From positions 1 through 43,837 of the IMG/VR virus record IMGVR_UViG_3300032104_000023: DNA of 43,837 nt; one strand, given 5' to 3'. The translations under genes and the position numbers were made by a program. Position 1 is the stretch's first letter, and the number at the start of each line of letters is the position of its first letter. This DNA comes from a virus. Lineage: Duplodnaviria > Caudoviricetes. Below the pieces are notes generated by a model that ran no database searches, was not told the DNA's origin, and saw nothing but the letters and a program-made list of their open reading frames with translations. This document shows, piece after piece, positions 36,000 through 43,213 of the stretch.

Positions 36000-36006
36000 C
36001 CGATAC

Positions 36007-36612
36007 TTAACTGACTTTGTGGCCAGCGTTGACCAGTTTGGAGAGGATGGACTTACGACTGAGCGGGCCACTGTCCGGGAAGTGCTCCTTCAACGCAGCG
36101 TTGGCGCTAGCAAACTCTTTCCCACCCACTGTGACTGACTGGCCACGACTATTACCACCTCCGCCGGATGCCCGCTTGGGCGTAGTCTCTGGGCTCTGGA
36201 TGGTGAGCTTGCCAGTTTCCTCGCTACGCTCAATTTTTATCCACTTGCACTCCAACGCTTCCAGTGCCTCCATGAATGTGTTGATGTTCCGGTCCTGAGC
36301 CATCTGGGTGTGGATGTCAGCAATCTTGCCAGCGTTAGCAGCCCGCTTTGTCGAGGCTACAGCACCAGTGGCTGTTTTCAACTGACTGATCGTCTTCCCA
36401 GCACTCTTGACAGCCGTCTCACGCGCGCTTGACGCTTCCACCATCGCCTCGATGCTACCAGACTTGCCAGCAGCAGCTAGCGCTTTGGTGGCAGCCTCGA
36501 TTGCCCGGGTGTCATCGTTGGTTTGGGTCTTGAGACGCTGGACTTTGCCCTCCAACTCTGCTACAGTCGGGGGAGTCGGCTGCTCTTTAGTTGTAGTCTC
36601 TTGATCTGCCAT
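36007..36612 (-). CDS. Lone leftward gene: coiled coil plus small C-terminal DNA-binding-like domain (201 aa)
   Basis: ATG 36612 behind AGGAGGTG; Ala-rich helices, SGGGG linker, VTVGGKEFASANAAL (NUMOD1-like). Confidence 0.7.
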   Translation of the reverse strand: MADQETTTKEQPTPPTVAELEGKVQRLKTQTNDDTRAIEAATKALAAAGKSGSIEAMVEASSARETAVKSAGKTISQLKTATGAVASTKRAANAGKIADIHTQMAQDRNINTFMEALEALECKWIKIERSEETGKLTIQSPETTPKRASGGGGNSRGQSVTVGGKEFASANAALKEHFPDSGPLSRKSILSKLVNAGHKVS

Positions 36613-36667
36613 TTCTATACACCTCCTAAGTGCATCAGATTGAATGGTGATGCTCACTACCACAATC

Positions 36668-36696
36668 ATATTACCTCGGTTCAGTGCTGTTGTCAA
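36668..36696 (-). promoter_or_regulatory. Sigma70 promoter for the leftward gene
   Basis: TTGACA-17 nt-TAATAT. Confidence 0.7.
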
Positions 36697-36858
36697 GTGG
36701 TTTGGCCGGCGATTTGGCCTCTATTTTGATATTATTTTGGCCGAGGAATTATGTCAACTTGATGTAATTCCTAGTAAGGATAAACTGATTAAGTAGGTTA
36801 GCAACTGGATAAGAGGATGTTATTGTTTATGAAGGTATACAGATGCGTAGAACAGAAT

Positions 36859-36872
36859 AGAACAACAGTTCT
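36859..36872. promoter_or_regulatory. LexA-type SOS box (GAAC-N4-GTTC)
   Basis: AGAAC-AACA-GTTCT palindrome between divergent promoters. Confidence 0.65.
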
Positions 36873-36895
36873 TGCCATAATCAGTCAACAAACAC

Positions 36896-36925
36896 TTGAC
36901 AACGCCCAGTGGCCTGCGGTACAAT
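36896..36925 (+). promoter_or_regulatory. Sigma70 promoter for the early rightward operon
   Basis: TTGACA-18 nt-TACAAT. Confidence 0.75.
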
Positions 36926-36931
36926 GACTGT

Positions 36932-37102
36932 ATGAATGAGCAAGCGATCTTGAAAGCAATCCTCGACTCAACGGCATGGCGGCCAGGCCCTCTGCAACGG
37001 AGACGCCGACATACCTGCCGAGTCTATGACTGTCCCGACCTGGCAGGCCGATGGCCTAAGACTGATGGTATGTGCTGGAAACACTGGTGGGAAGGACTAT
37101 AG
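36932..37102 (+). CDS. Small Zn-finger protein, probably leaderless
   Basis: ATG 6 nt after the -10 box, no RBS; CRVYDC...GMCWKH. Confidence 0.55.
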   Translation: MNEQAILKAILDSTAWRPGPLQRRRRHTCRVYDCPDLAGRWPKTDGMCWKHWWEGL

Positions 37103-37201
37103 GCTGGTCGGTTGAGCGCCACCACCGAGTAGGTAATTGTAAGTGGAGGCTAATATCTCCTACCTAAGGCGCCCTCGGTGGCGGCGCTGAGCCGAACAGT
37201 T
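37102..37201 (+). other. About 100-nt structured RNA element
   Basis: 37104-37129 pairs with 37174-37199 (22/26), inner TAGGTA/TACCTA and GGAG/CTCC stems; AAGGAGGTGA follows. Confidence 0.75.
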
Positions 37202-37218
37202 GAAAGGAGGTGACACGG

Positions 37219-37329
37219 ATGCTAATAGGACACTTCCACGTGAACAGTGAAGGCAAGCTAAACCTCTGCCACAAGGAGATTAGCCAATGCCTATTGGTTT
37301 GTGAGGTCTACTGGACAGACCATAAGTAG
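37219..37329 (+). CDS. Small hypothetical protein (36 aa)
   Basis: Perfect AAGGAGGTGA RBS. Confidence 0.5.
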   Translation: MLIGHFHVNSEGKLNLCHKEISQCLLVCEVYWTDHK

Positions 37330-37415
37330 AACCAGTAGAGGCTAGATTGGAGGTGACGTTCAATGGTGCTATACCCCTACAGAGGAGCCAGGGTTAGTAT
37401 TCTCATAAGGAGACT

Positions 37416-37667
37416 GTGATGCCTGACTTCGAGTTGACACCTGAGGAGCGTAAGCATATAGCTAACCACCTAGTAGGGTTCGATTATACTAGCAAGGCTA
37501 GTACTAAAATGTCCCTGAGCCTACTCTTGAGACTAGGTTACCATGCTGAGTTGAAAGAAGTAAGTAAACAGGAACGCTTCGAGCCAGATATGGCTGAGTG
37601 GTGGATAAGCTGTAAGGAACTAGATCAGTGGGAGTTCTCAGACAAAGGCGAGAAAGGTAGTCAGTAG
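37416..37667 (+). CDS. Hypothetical protein
   Basis: TAAGGAG RBS. Confidence 0.6.
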   Translation: MMPDFELTPEERKHIANHLVGFDYTSKASTKMSLSLLLRLGYHAELKEVSKQERFEPDMAEWWISCKELDQWEFSDKGEKGSQ

Positions 37668-37712
37668 TACCATGGGGGTCCAGATTTAACGCACCCCCGT
37701 ACGGTCTGACTA
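37658..37712 (+). other. Structured RNA hairpin
   Basis: TAGTCAG/CTGACTA outer stem and ATGGGGGT/ACCCCCGT inner stem. Confidence 0.55.
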
Positions 37713-37834
37713 AGCGGTAGCCCCCTCCCATAACCACAAGAAAGGATGTGCCATGATTCGTATATGGTTAGGCTGCTGGTTCCTACATCTCAAGGACAAG
37801 ATAAACGGATTTGTAGCAAAAGGAGATAACTATA

Positions 37835-38080
37835 ATGACCACTCATAATCATCCTGCTAGTATACGTGAAAAGGGGCTAGCCGATGGCTGTCCTCGTTGT
37901 GACGAACACGCCAAGGAGCCTTTCGAGGGCCTAGATGACGAGAACCTATCTAATCTACTAGCCAGAGCACTAGGAGAACTAACTCCTCGTAGTAAGAATG
38001 AGGCGTATGCTATGTCTGAGGTTAGGAAAGCCATTCATATAGCCAGAAGGATACAGCGGTGTGGGGTGGGTATAGCATGA
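37835..38080 (+). CDS. Hypothetical protein
   Basis: AAGGAG RBS; H.H..CPRC. Confidence 0.65.
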   Translation: MTTHNHPASIREKGLADGCPRCDEHAKEPFEGLDDENLSNLLARALGELTPRSKNEAYAMSEVRKAIHIARRIQRCGVGIA

Positions 38081-38448
38081 GTAACCGTTACAGCAAGCAG
38101 CATTACGAGGACGTGGCCAAGATCATCTTTCGCCTAGAGTTGACCCCTCAGATGATCGGGCGAGTAGCCCTTGACTTCGCTGACCTCTTCGCCTCCGACA
38201 ACCCTCCAGCCTGTCACTGCGGTGCAACTATAGGAAGCCAACATCCATGCAATACCGGCAGTGGGGGACACGTTATAGCGGGTGGCTTTGACCGTGAGCG
38301 ATTCCTAGCATCCTGTGGATTGGAGTTTGGCCCAAAGCCTACCATACCCAAACAAATATTGAGGCACTATGGCCTCCCTGTAGTGGAGCCTGAGCTAGAG
38401 TGTCCTAACTGCGGGCAGACAACTCATACCATAGGTGAGTGTGTGTGA
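38077..38448 (+). CDS. Conserved-looking phage hypothetical protein with inserted Cys segments
   Basis: KQHYEDVA...ADLFASDNP...FDRERFLASCG; ATGA overlap. Confidence 0.65.
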   Translation: MSNRYSKQHYEDVAKIIFRLELTPQMIGRVALDFADLFASDNPPACHCGATIGSQHPCNTGSGGHVIAGGFDRERFLASCGLEFGPKPTIPKQILRHYGLPVVEPELECPNCGQTTHTIGECV

Positions 38449-38645
38449 TGGCCTTCATAGACCACAACCACGCATCTGTGTTAGGCTCCTACCTACACTG
38501 CCCGGACTGCAACACGCCTAAAGTTGCCAAGCAGGGACAGGATGGCAGGACTGGTAAGCGTATCTGGTATCTAGGATGTGAGTGTACTACACCTAATAGT
38601 ATTGTTACCTTGTTCCATCGTAAGAAGGAAAGTACCCTTATCTGA
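38448..38645 (+). CDS. Small Zn-ribbon protein
   Basis: CPDC...CEC; TGATG overlap. Confidence 0.55.
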   Translation: MAFIDHNHASVLGSYLHCPDCNTPKVAKQGQDGRTGKRIWYLGCECTTPNSIVTLFHRKKESTLI

Positions 38646-38678
38646 TGGAGGTGCAACCACAGTATTGTAAGACAGTAT

Positions 38679-39206
38679 TTGGTTATACCGTGTCTAGTAG
38701 CAGGACTGGCCATAGGGCTGGTGATTGGAGGTAATAATGGACGCAACTTCATTGATGGTTGGGTGGACAATAGGCTGGATGATGGGTGGGCTCATTATGC
38801 TTCGGTGGACAGAGTGGGGGCCGTTCAGCGGCAGGAGGCGTTAGATGCTAGACTGGTTACGCCGACGCCTACGCCCGAAGTGGATGAGAGACTTGCCTCT
38901 CTACCCGAGGTCACTAACTTACCGTACATTGAGCCTGCAAACCCCGATTCCATCGAAGGTATCATTTGCTCCTTCAATTGGCCTCAGGGATGTGCCTATT
39001 GGATTAGGCTCGCTACCTGTGAGTCTTCCTTGCGACCGTCCTCAATTGGTTATAGTGGACGATATATTGGGTTGTTCCAAGTGTGGACTGGCCACGGGTA
39101 CGGATTTAACTGGTTGCTTGACCCCTACAACAACACCCTAGCAGCCTGGGAGTTATCAAATGGAGGAACATACACAGGAGCCTGGCAGGTCTGTCAGTGG
39201 CAGTAA
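38679..39206 (+). CDS. Membrane-anchored SLT/lysozyme-like transglycosylase
   Basis: N-terminal TM, PTPTP linker, ATCESS (catalytic Glu), GLFQV, LLDPYNNTLAAW. Confidence 0.78.
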   Translation: MVIPCLVAGLAIGLVIGGNNGRNFIDGWVDNRLDDGWAHYASVDRVGAVQRQEALDARLVTPTPTPEVDERLASLPEVTNLPYIEPANPDSIEGIICSFNWPQGCAYWIRLATCESSLRPSSIGYSGRYIGLFQVWTGHGYGFNWLLDPYNNTLAAWELSNGGTYTGAWQVCQWQ

Positions 39207-39247
39207 AACGTGCTGTTCTAGCTACTTCATATCTAAGGAGGGAAACA

Positions 39248-39547
39248 ATGCCACACCACGACCCAACTGAGTTTCCAGAGCCTACATACCAAGAGGCGAC
39301 GGAAGGCTGGCAACGGTGTCAGGCCGAGAATGCCCATCTACAGGAGCGGGTGGAGAAGGCGGATCAGCACGTCACTATCTTAGAGGCGGCAATTGAGGCG
39401 TTTGAGGAGGCACTGGAGGAGGTGCAGGGGTTACTACGGCGTTTTCAGGCCGCTGGCTTACTGAGTTACGAGAGCGGGAAAACTAATGCGGTGGGAGATG
39501 TTTGGCGAGATGTTGACCGCTTTCTGTCCAATGAGGGGAACAAATGA
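39248..39547 (+). CDS. Coiled-coil hypothetical protein
   Basis: AAGGAGG RBS; AENAHLQERVE. Confidence 0.65.
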   Translation: MPHHDPTEFPEPTYQEATEGWQRCQAENAHLQERVEKADQHVTILEAAIEAFEEALEEVQGLLRRFQAAGLLSYESGKTNAVGDVWRDVDRFLSNEGNK

Positions 39548-39780
39548 ATAAGCGGTGTATGATTTGCAGCTTGCCCGCTCCCGATAGTGATGGATGGCAA
39601 AGCCACCATGACCGTATTGATGATCTTGAGCGTCAGTTGGCCGAGGCGCAGGGGAAGCTGAAACGAATCGAAACGGACATGTGCACCGGCAACAGAGGAT
39701 GAGCAGGGATGTGTATTGCTCACAACAAGAACAGCCTGCTCGCCCGCATACTGTCCCAGGAGGGGAATAATGACGACTGA
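39544..39780 (+). pseudogene. Coiled-coil/Cys protein interrupted by in-frame TGA at 39700
   Basis: ...MCTGNRG*AGMCIAH...SQEGNNDD*; distal part overlaps the next start codon. Confidence 0.55.
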
Positions 39781-39934
39781 CGGAGGGTGCATACACATTG
39801 ACGGGTGTACCTGCTACGCCCGCCTATAGGCTCGTGTAGAGGAGCTGGAGAAGGAGCAGAAAGTGAGCGAGGAATATGAGAACAGGTGGATAGCGGCGGA
39901 GGTGAAGCTGGCCAAGGAGGTGAACGATGGCTGA
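39770..39934 (+). pseudogene. Coiled-coil protein interrupted by in-frame TAG at 39827
   Basis: ARL*ARVEE vs ARLQARVEE in the next gene; AGGAGG RBS. Confidence 0.65.
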
Positions 39935-40412
39935 GCAAGAATACGCTGACAAGGAGAATCCCGATGTCCCACCAAGGCAGGAAAAAGTGGGTATTGCCAA
40001 CCTTGAGGTCGAGAACACCCGCCTACAGCAGCGAGGCGACGGCTATAAGAGTGAGTCTGAAACCTCGTTTGCCAGGGCGAGACGCGCTGAGATTGAGAAC
40101 GCCCGCCTCCAGGCTCGTGTGGAGGAGGCCGAGGAAGTTAGACGGTCGAGCGTGAATGAAGTTTTACGAGAGAAGGAGGCCGTAGAGGAGCAGTTGCGGT
40201 GCGCTGAGGCACTGGTAGAGGAGCTAGAGACAGAACGAGAGGAGCACCGGCAACACGCCCAGAACTACAAGGCGCTGGCTGAGCGGCGCGGGGAGGCACC
40301 GGAGCCATGCGAGAAGTGCGGTGGAGAGGGGCGCATCACTAACGAGGCGGATGGAGCGCCAAGGATAACGTCTGAGTGCCCGAAATGCCTTGGCTCAGGG
40401 GTGCAGCGATGA
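39927..40412 (+). CDS. Coiled-coil protein with DnaJ-like CxxCxGxG finger
   Basis: CEKCGGEG...CPKCLGSG; AAGGAGGTGA RBS. Confidence 0.7.
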   Translation: MAEQEYADKENPDVPPRQEKVGIANLEVENTRLQQRGDGYKSESETSFARARRAEIENARLQARVEEAEEVRRSSVNEVLREKEAVEEQLRCAEALVEELETEREEHRQHAQNYKALAERRGEAPEPCEKCGGEGRITNEADGAPRITSECPKCLGSGVQR

Positions 40413-40987
40413 GCGATAAGGCGCGGAGTCTGCTGGAGCGGGCGGTGAAGGGTCGCTACGACGACGATACATGGTGGCATGAGGCCCGCGCCTTCCTCGC
40501 CCAGCCCGAACCGGCCCAGACGGGCGCAGCAGCGCGGGAGGCGGCGCTGATTGAGAAACTACGACAGTTTTCATTGATACTCACGGAAGAGGTCACACAC
40601 GGAACCCTGAGTTTGGGGTTCGGCCCTGATTGGCCAGCGAAGAAAGTCCAACTGGCCATTGACCGCCTCCTTATTGCCGGCGCCTCTCCGGCTGCTGCGG
40701 CGCTGCCGGCACAGGAGGAGAGGCTGAGGGAGTGGGCACCCATTCTGGAGGCTGCTCAACGGCAGGACATCAGATGGAAGAAGCCGATGCCGGAAATAGA
40801 CTTTGGAGATGAGGCAATCTTTATCTGGGCGCTCAAGGCGCAGGAAGAGATGGGCGAACTGTCGGCTGCGCTATTAGGTGGGCTTATCGGAAAGGAGGGT
40901 AGGGGTGATGTTCTGGAGGAGTGCTACCAGCTAATCGCGGTCCTCTTGCGGATTGCCCGTGCTGCCCTCGCCCCAGGGGAGGAATAG
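40409..40987 (+). CDS. Protein with C-terminal MazG-like pyrophosphohydrolase domain
   Basis: ALKAQEEMGELSAAL...VLEECYQLIAV. Confidence 0.6.
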   Translation: MSDKARSLLERAVKGRYDDDTWWHEARAFLAQPEPAQTGAAAREAALIEKLRQFSLILTEEVTHGTLSLGFGPDWPAKKVQLAIDRLLIAGASPAAAALPAQEERLREWAPILEAAQRQDIRWKKPMPEIDFGDEAIFIWALKAQEEMGELSAALLGGLIGKEGRGDVLEECYQLIAVLLRIARAALAPGEE

Positions 40988-40990
40988 CCT

Positions 40991-41260
40991 ATGAGTGGAG
41001 TACACTTTAAGGAGCGAGTTAGAAGGCAAGTCCTTAAGAAGCACGGGCTAGTAAGGACTGGACAAGGCCACCTTGAGCCTATGCCTGAGGAGCCAGATGA
41101 CCCTAATAAGACCTTAGCAATGAGGCTAATAGAGGCCAGGCTAGGGTTACAGATTGAGGACTTGCTATCAGAGGGTAGTCTCAAGGAGGTAGCATTGTTG
41201 TTGGGTGTGAAGGAATCAACGGTATCAAAATGGAGATTGAGACTAGGATTGAGGATATGA
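40991..41260 (+). CDS. HTH DNA-binding protein
   Basis: SLKEVALLLGVKESTVSKWR. Confidence 0.75.
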   Translation: MSGVHFKERVRRQVLKKHGLVRTGQGHLEPMPEEPDDPNKTLAMRLIEARLGLQIEDLLSEGSLKEVALLLGVKESTVSKWRLRLGLRI

Positions 41261-41724
41261 TTGTAGTACCTTCTCTTGGTGACTCCAGATTGCCACACAG
41301 CTTTTGGGAGAAGGTACGGCTTGGTTCCATTCCTGTACATAGGCCCGACCTTGGACCTTGTTGGGAATGGACTGCGTACAAACAGCCTAAGGGATACGGA
41401 AGATACAAGGAAGGACTAGCACATAAGTTTGCTTATGACAGATTAGTAGGCCCGCTTCCACCAGGGCTGGTGTCTGACCATCTCTGCCGTAATCGGGCAT
41501 GTGTGGATGTCTCTCATATTGAGCCTGTGACAAACGGAGAGAACATTAGAAGAGGTGACCACCAGCACAGGCGTAAGACGCACTGCCCCTATGGGCACCC
41601 ATACAGTGGTTCTAACCTGAGGGTTAGGTCTGATGGTGCTCGTAGGTGCATTACTTGTCAACGAGAGTATGACAAGCAGTACCAGAGAGTGAGGCGGCTA
41701 CTTGGCCGAGCCACAACGCCTTGA
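41257..41724 (+). CDS. HNH homing endonuclease (intact)
   Basis: FWEKV..PCWEW..GYG..AHKFAY..DHLCRNRACVDVSHIEPVTNGEN..HCPYGH..CITC. Confidence 0.9.
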   Translation: MIVVPSLGDSRLPHSFWEKVRLGSIPVHRPDLGPCWEWTAYKQPKGYGRYKEGLAHKFAYDRLVGPLPPGLVSDHLCRNRACVDVSHIEPVTNGENIRRGDHQHRRKTHCPYGHPYSGSNLRVRSDGARRCITCQREYDKQYQRVRRLLGRATTP

Positions 41725-42511
41725 TGAGTTCCTCAAGTGGAAACCGAATTACCCTGAGGCTATCATTGGTGGTGGAGTCCTCTACGCCCGTACTAAAATG
41801 ATTATCTATGGGAGGTACAAGGCTCTCAAGTCCATGACTCTATTAGGCTTAGCTAGGGCTATCGCAGCAGGTCAACCCTGGATGGGATTTGATACTCCCA
41901 AGCAAGGCAACAAGGTCATATATCTCCAACTTGAAATACCCCATCCACTCCTGCATAAAAGACTAACCAAAATGGAGATGGCCTGGGATGCGGTAGATGT
42001 AAGAGACCTAGTACAAAGGGTAAGGCAGAACCTATATGTATGGACAGAGCCGTTCCTCAAGCTGGATAGACCAGAAGGTATTGGCACCCTCAAGATGCAC
42101 GTTGAAAAGCTAGAGCCCGCTGTGGTTATGGTTGACCCTATCTACAAGACCATATCTGGTAACATCCTCGATCCTAACCATGTCCGCGAGGTGTGTGACC
42201 AGATAGATATGATGTTGAGCGAGTATGAGGTATCCATTGTATTCGCCCACCATGCTAGGAAGTCAGCCATTAGTGAGGAGAACGCATTTGACCTAGGCTC
42301 GGACGATATGCTGGGTGCAGCAGTATTCTCCTACTGGGCTGACACCGTTTGTAGGGTAACCAAGACAGGCGAGAAGGGTAAGGAGATCGGTTTGACGCTT
42401 AATTTCGACATTATACGCCATGCTGAGGATTTGATTGAGCCAAAGGAGGTTGTCTTTAACCGTGATGATTTGCTTTTTCACGAGGGAGAAAAACTCATAC
42501 ATGTTAAGTAG
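41702..42511 (+). CDS. AAA_25/RepA-like RecA-family helicase
   Basis: Variant Walker A GRYKALKS, VIYLQLE, Walker B VVMVDP, AHHARK, LGA...WAD. Confidence 0.85.
   Translation: MAEPQRLDEFLKWKPNYPEAIIGGGVLYARTKMIIYGRYKALKSMTLLGLARAIAAGQPWMGFDTPKQGNKVIYLQLEIPHPLLHKRLTKMEMAWDAVDVRDLVQRVRQNLYVWTEPFLKLDRPEGIGTLKMHVEKLEPAVVMVDPIYKTISGNILDPNHVREVCDQIDMMLSEYEVSIVFAHHARKSAISEENAFDLGSDDMLGAAVFSYWADTVCRVTKTGEKGKEIGLTLNFDIIRHAEDLIEPKEVVFNRDDLLFHEGEKLIHVK
42481..42511 (+). repeat. 31-bp imperfect direct repeat of the helicase 3' end, copy 1
   Basis: 28/31 identity with 42953-42983. Confidence 0.9.
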
Positions 42512-42949
42512 AGGACCGTACAAGGTTAGACCATTAAAAGAGAGATTCATGGATAGTGTCCTTGTCATTGAGGGAGGGTGCTAGATTTGGTTGAAGTAGG
42601 GAGCACACGGCTACGGATACATCCGTGTGAGGGGCGTTCTAAGCGAGCACATAGGGTATCGTACGAACTTTTCGTAGGCCCCATACCTGACGGAAAGATG
42701 CTACACCACATTTGCAACATTAGGCTATGTGTAAACTATGAACACCTAGAACCAGTGACTCACAAAGAGAACATGTTTAGAAGCAAGGGCCTACTGCACT
42801 ATGCTCCTCCAACACACTGCGACGAGGGCCACGAACTCACCACTGAGAATATGTATGAGTATGCCTCAAGTGAAGGTTATCCACAACGGCGATGTCGTAC
42901 TTGCCACAAAGCGAAGCGGAGAAGGAGGTATGCCATGAGTGGGACGTAG
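42501..42949 (+). pseudogene. HNH endonuclease pseudogene (two TAGs and a frameshift)
   Basis: ERFMDSV..GGC*IWLK*GAHGYG, then shifted frame AHRVSYELFVGPIP..HHICNIRLCVNYEHLEPVT..CRTC. Confidence 0.88.
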
Positions 42950-42952
42950 CCG

Positions 42953-42983
42953 CGAGGGAGAGAAACGCATCCATGTTAAGTAG
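42953..42983 (+). repeat. 31-bp imperfect direct repeat of the helicase 3' end, copy 2
   Basis: Encodes EGEKRIHVK* vs EGEKLIHVK* in copy 1. Confidence 0.9.
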
Positions 42984-42991
42984 GAGATAAT

Positions 42992-43201
42992 ATGGCAACA
43001 CCCACACCTAAGCCACCAGGTATAGAGAGTCTCCTTGAAGGATTCAGTGATAGGACTACAGCTATTGAGGCTGACAAGTGTGTAGACCCACCTATAGGCT
43101 GTGATAAGCCCGCCACCGAGTTTAGAGATGACCGTAGCAGTGACGAGTATCGCATTTCTGGCTGGTGCCAGGATTGCCAAGATGCAGTGTACGGTAGTTA
43201 G
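42992..43201 (+). CDS. Conserved-looking phage Cys protein
   Basis: C..C...FRD..S..EYRISGWCQDCQD; AGGAG RBS. Confidence 0.7.
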   Translation: MATPTPKPPGIESLLEGFSDRTTAIEADKCVDPPIGCDKPATEFRDDRSSDEYRISGWCQDCQDAVYGS

Positions 43202-43213
43202 AAGGAGATAGAA

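Noticed and set aside
35860-36005. tRNA gene
   Set aside because: GGTTC-like text is present but no cloverleaf or acceptor stem could be built
37102-37712. Known self-cleaving ribozyme in the early-region hairpins
   Set aside because: No hammerhead core (CUGANGA/GAAA) or other consensus recognised by eye; needs a covariance-model search
39770-42600. TAG-to-Gln recoding (genetic code 15), suggested by in-frame TAGs and TAG-ATG junctions
   Set aside because: All long core genes are intact in code 11, polA and scaffold end at sensible TAG stops, and TGA and TAA lesions occur too
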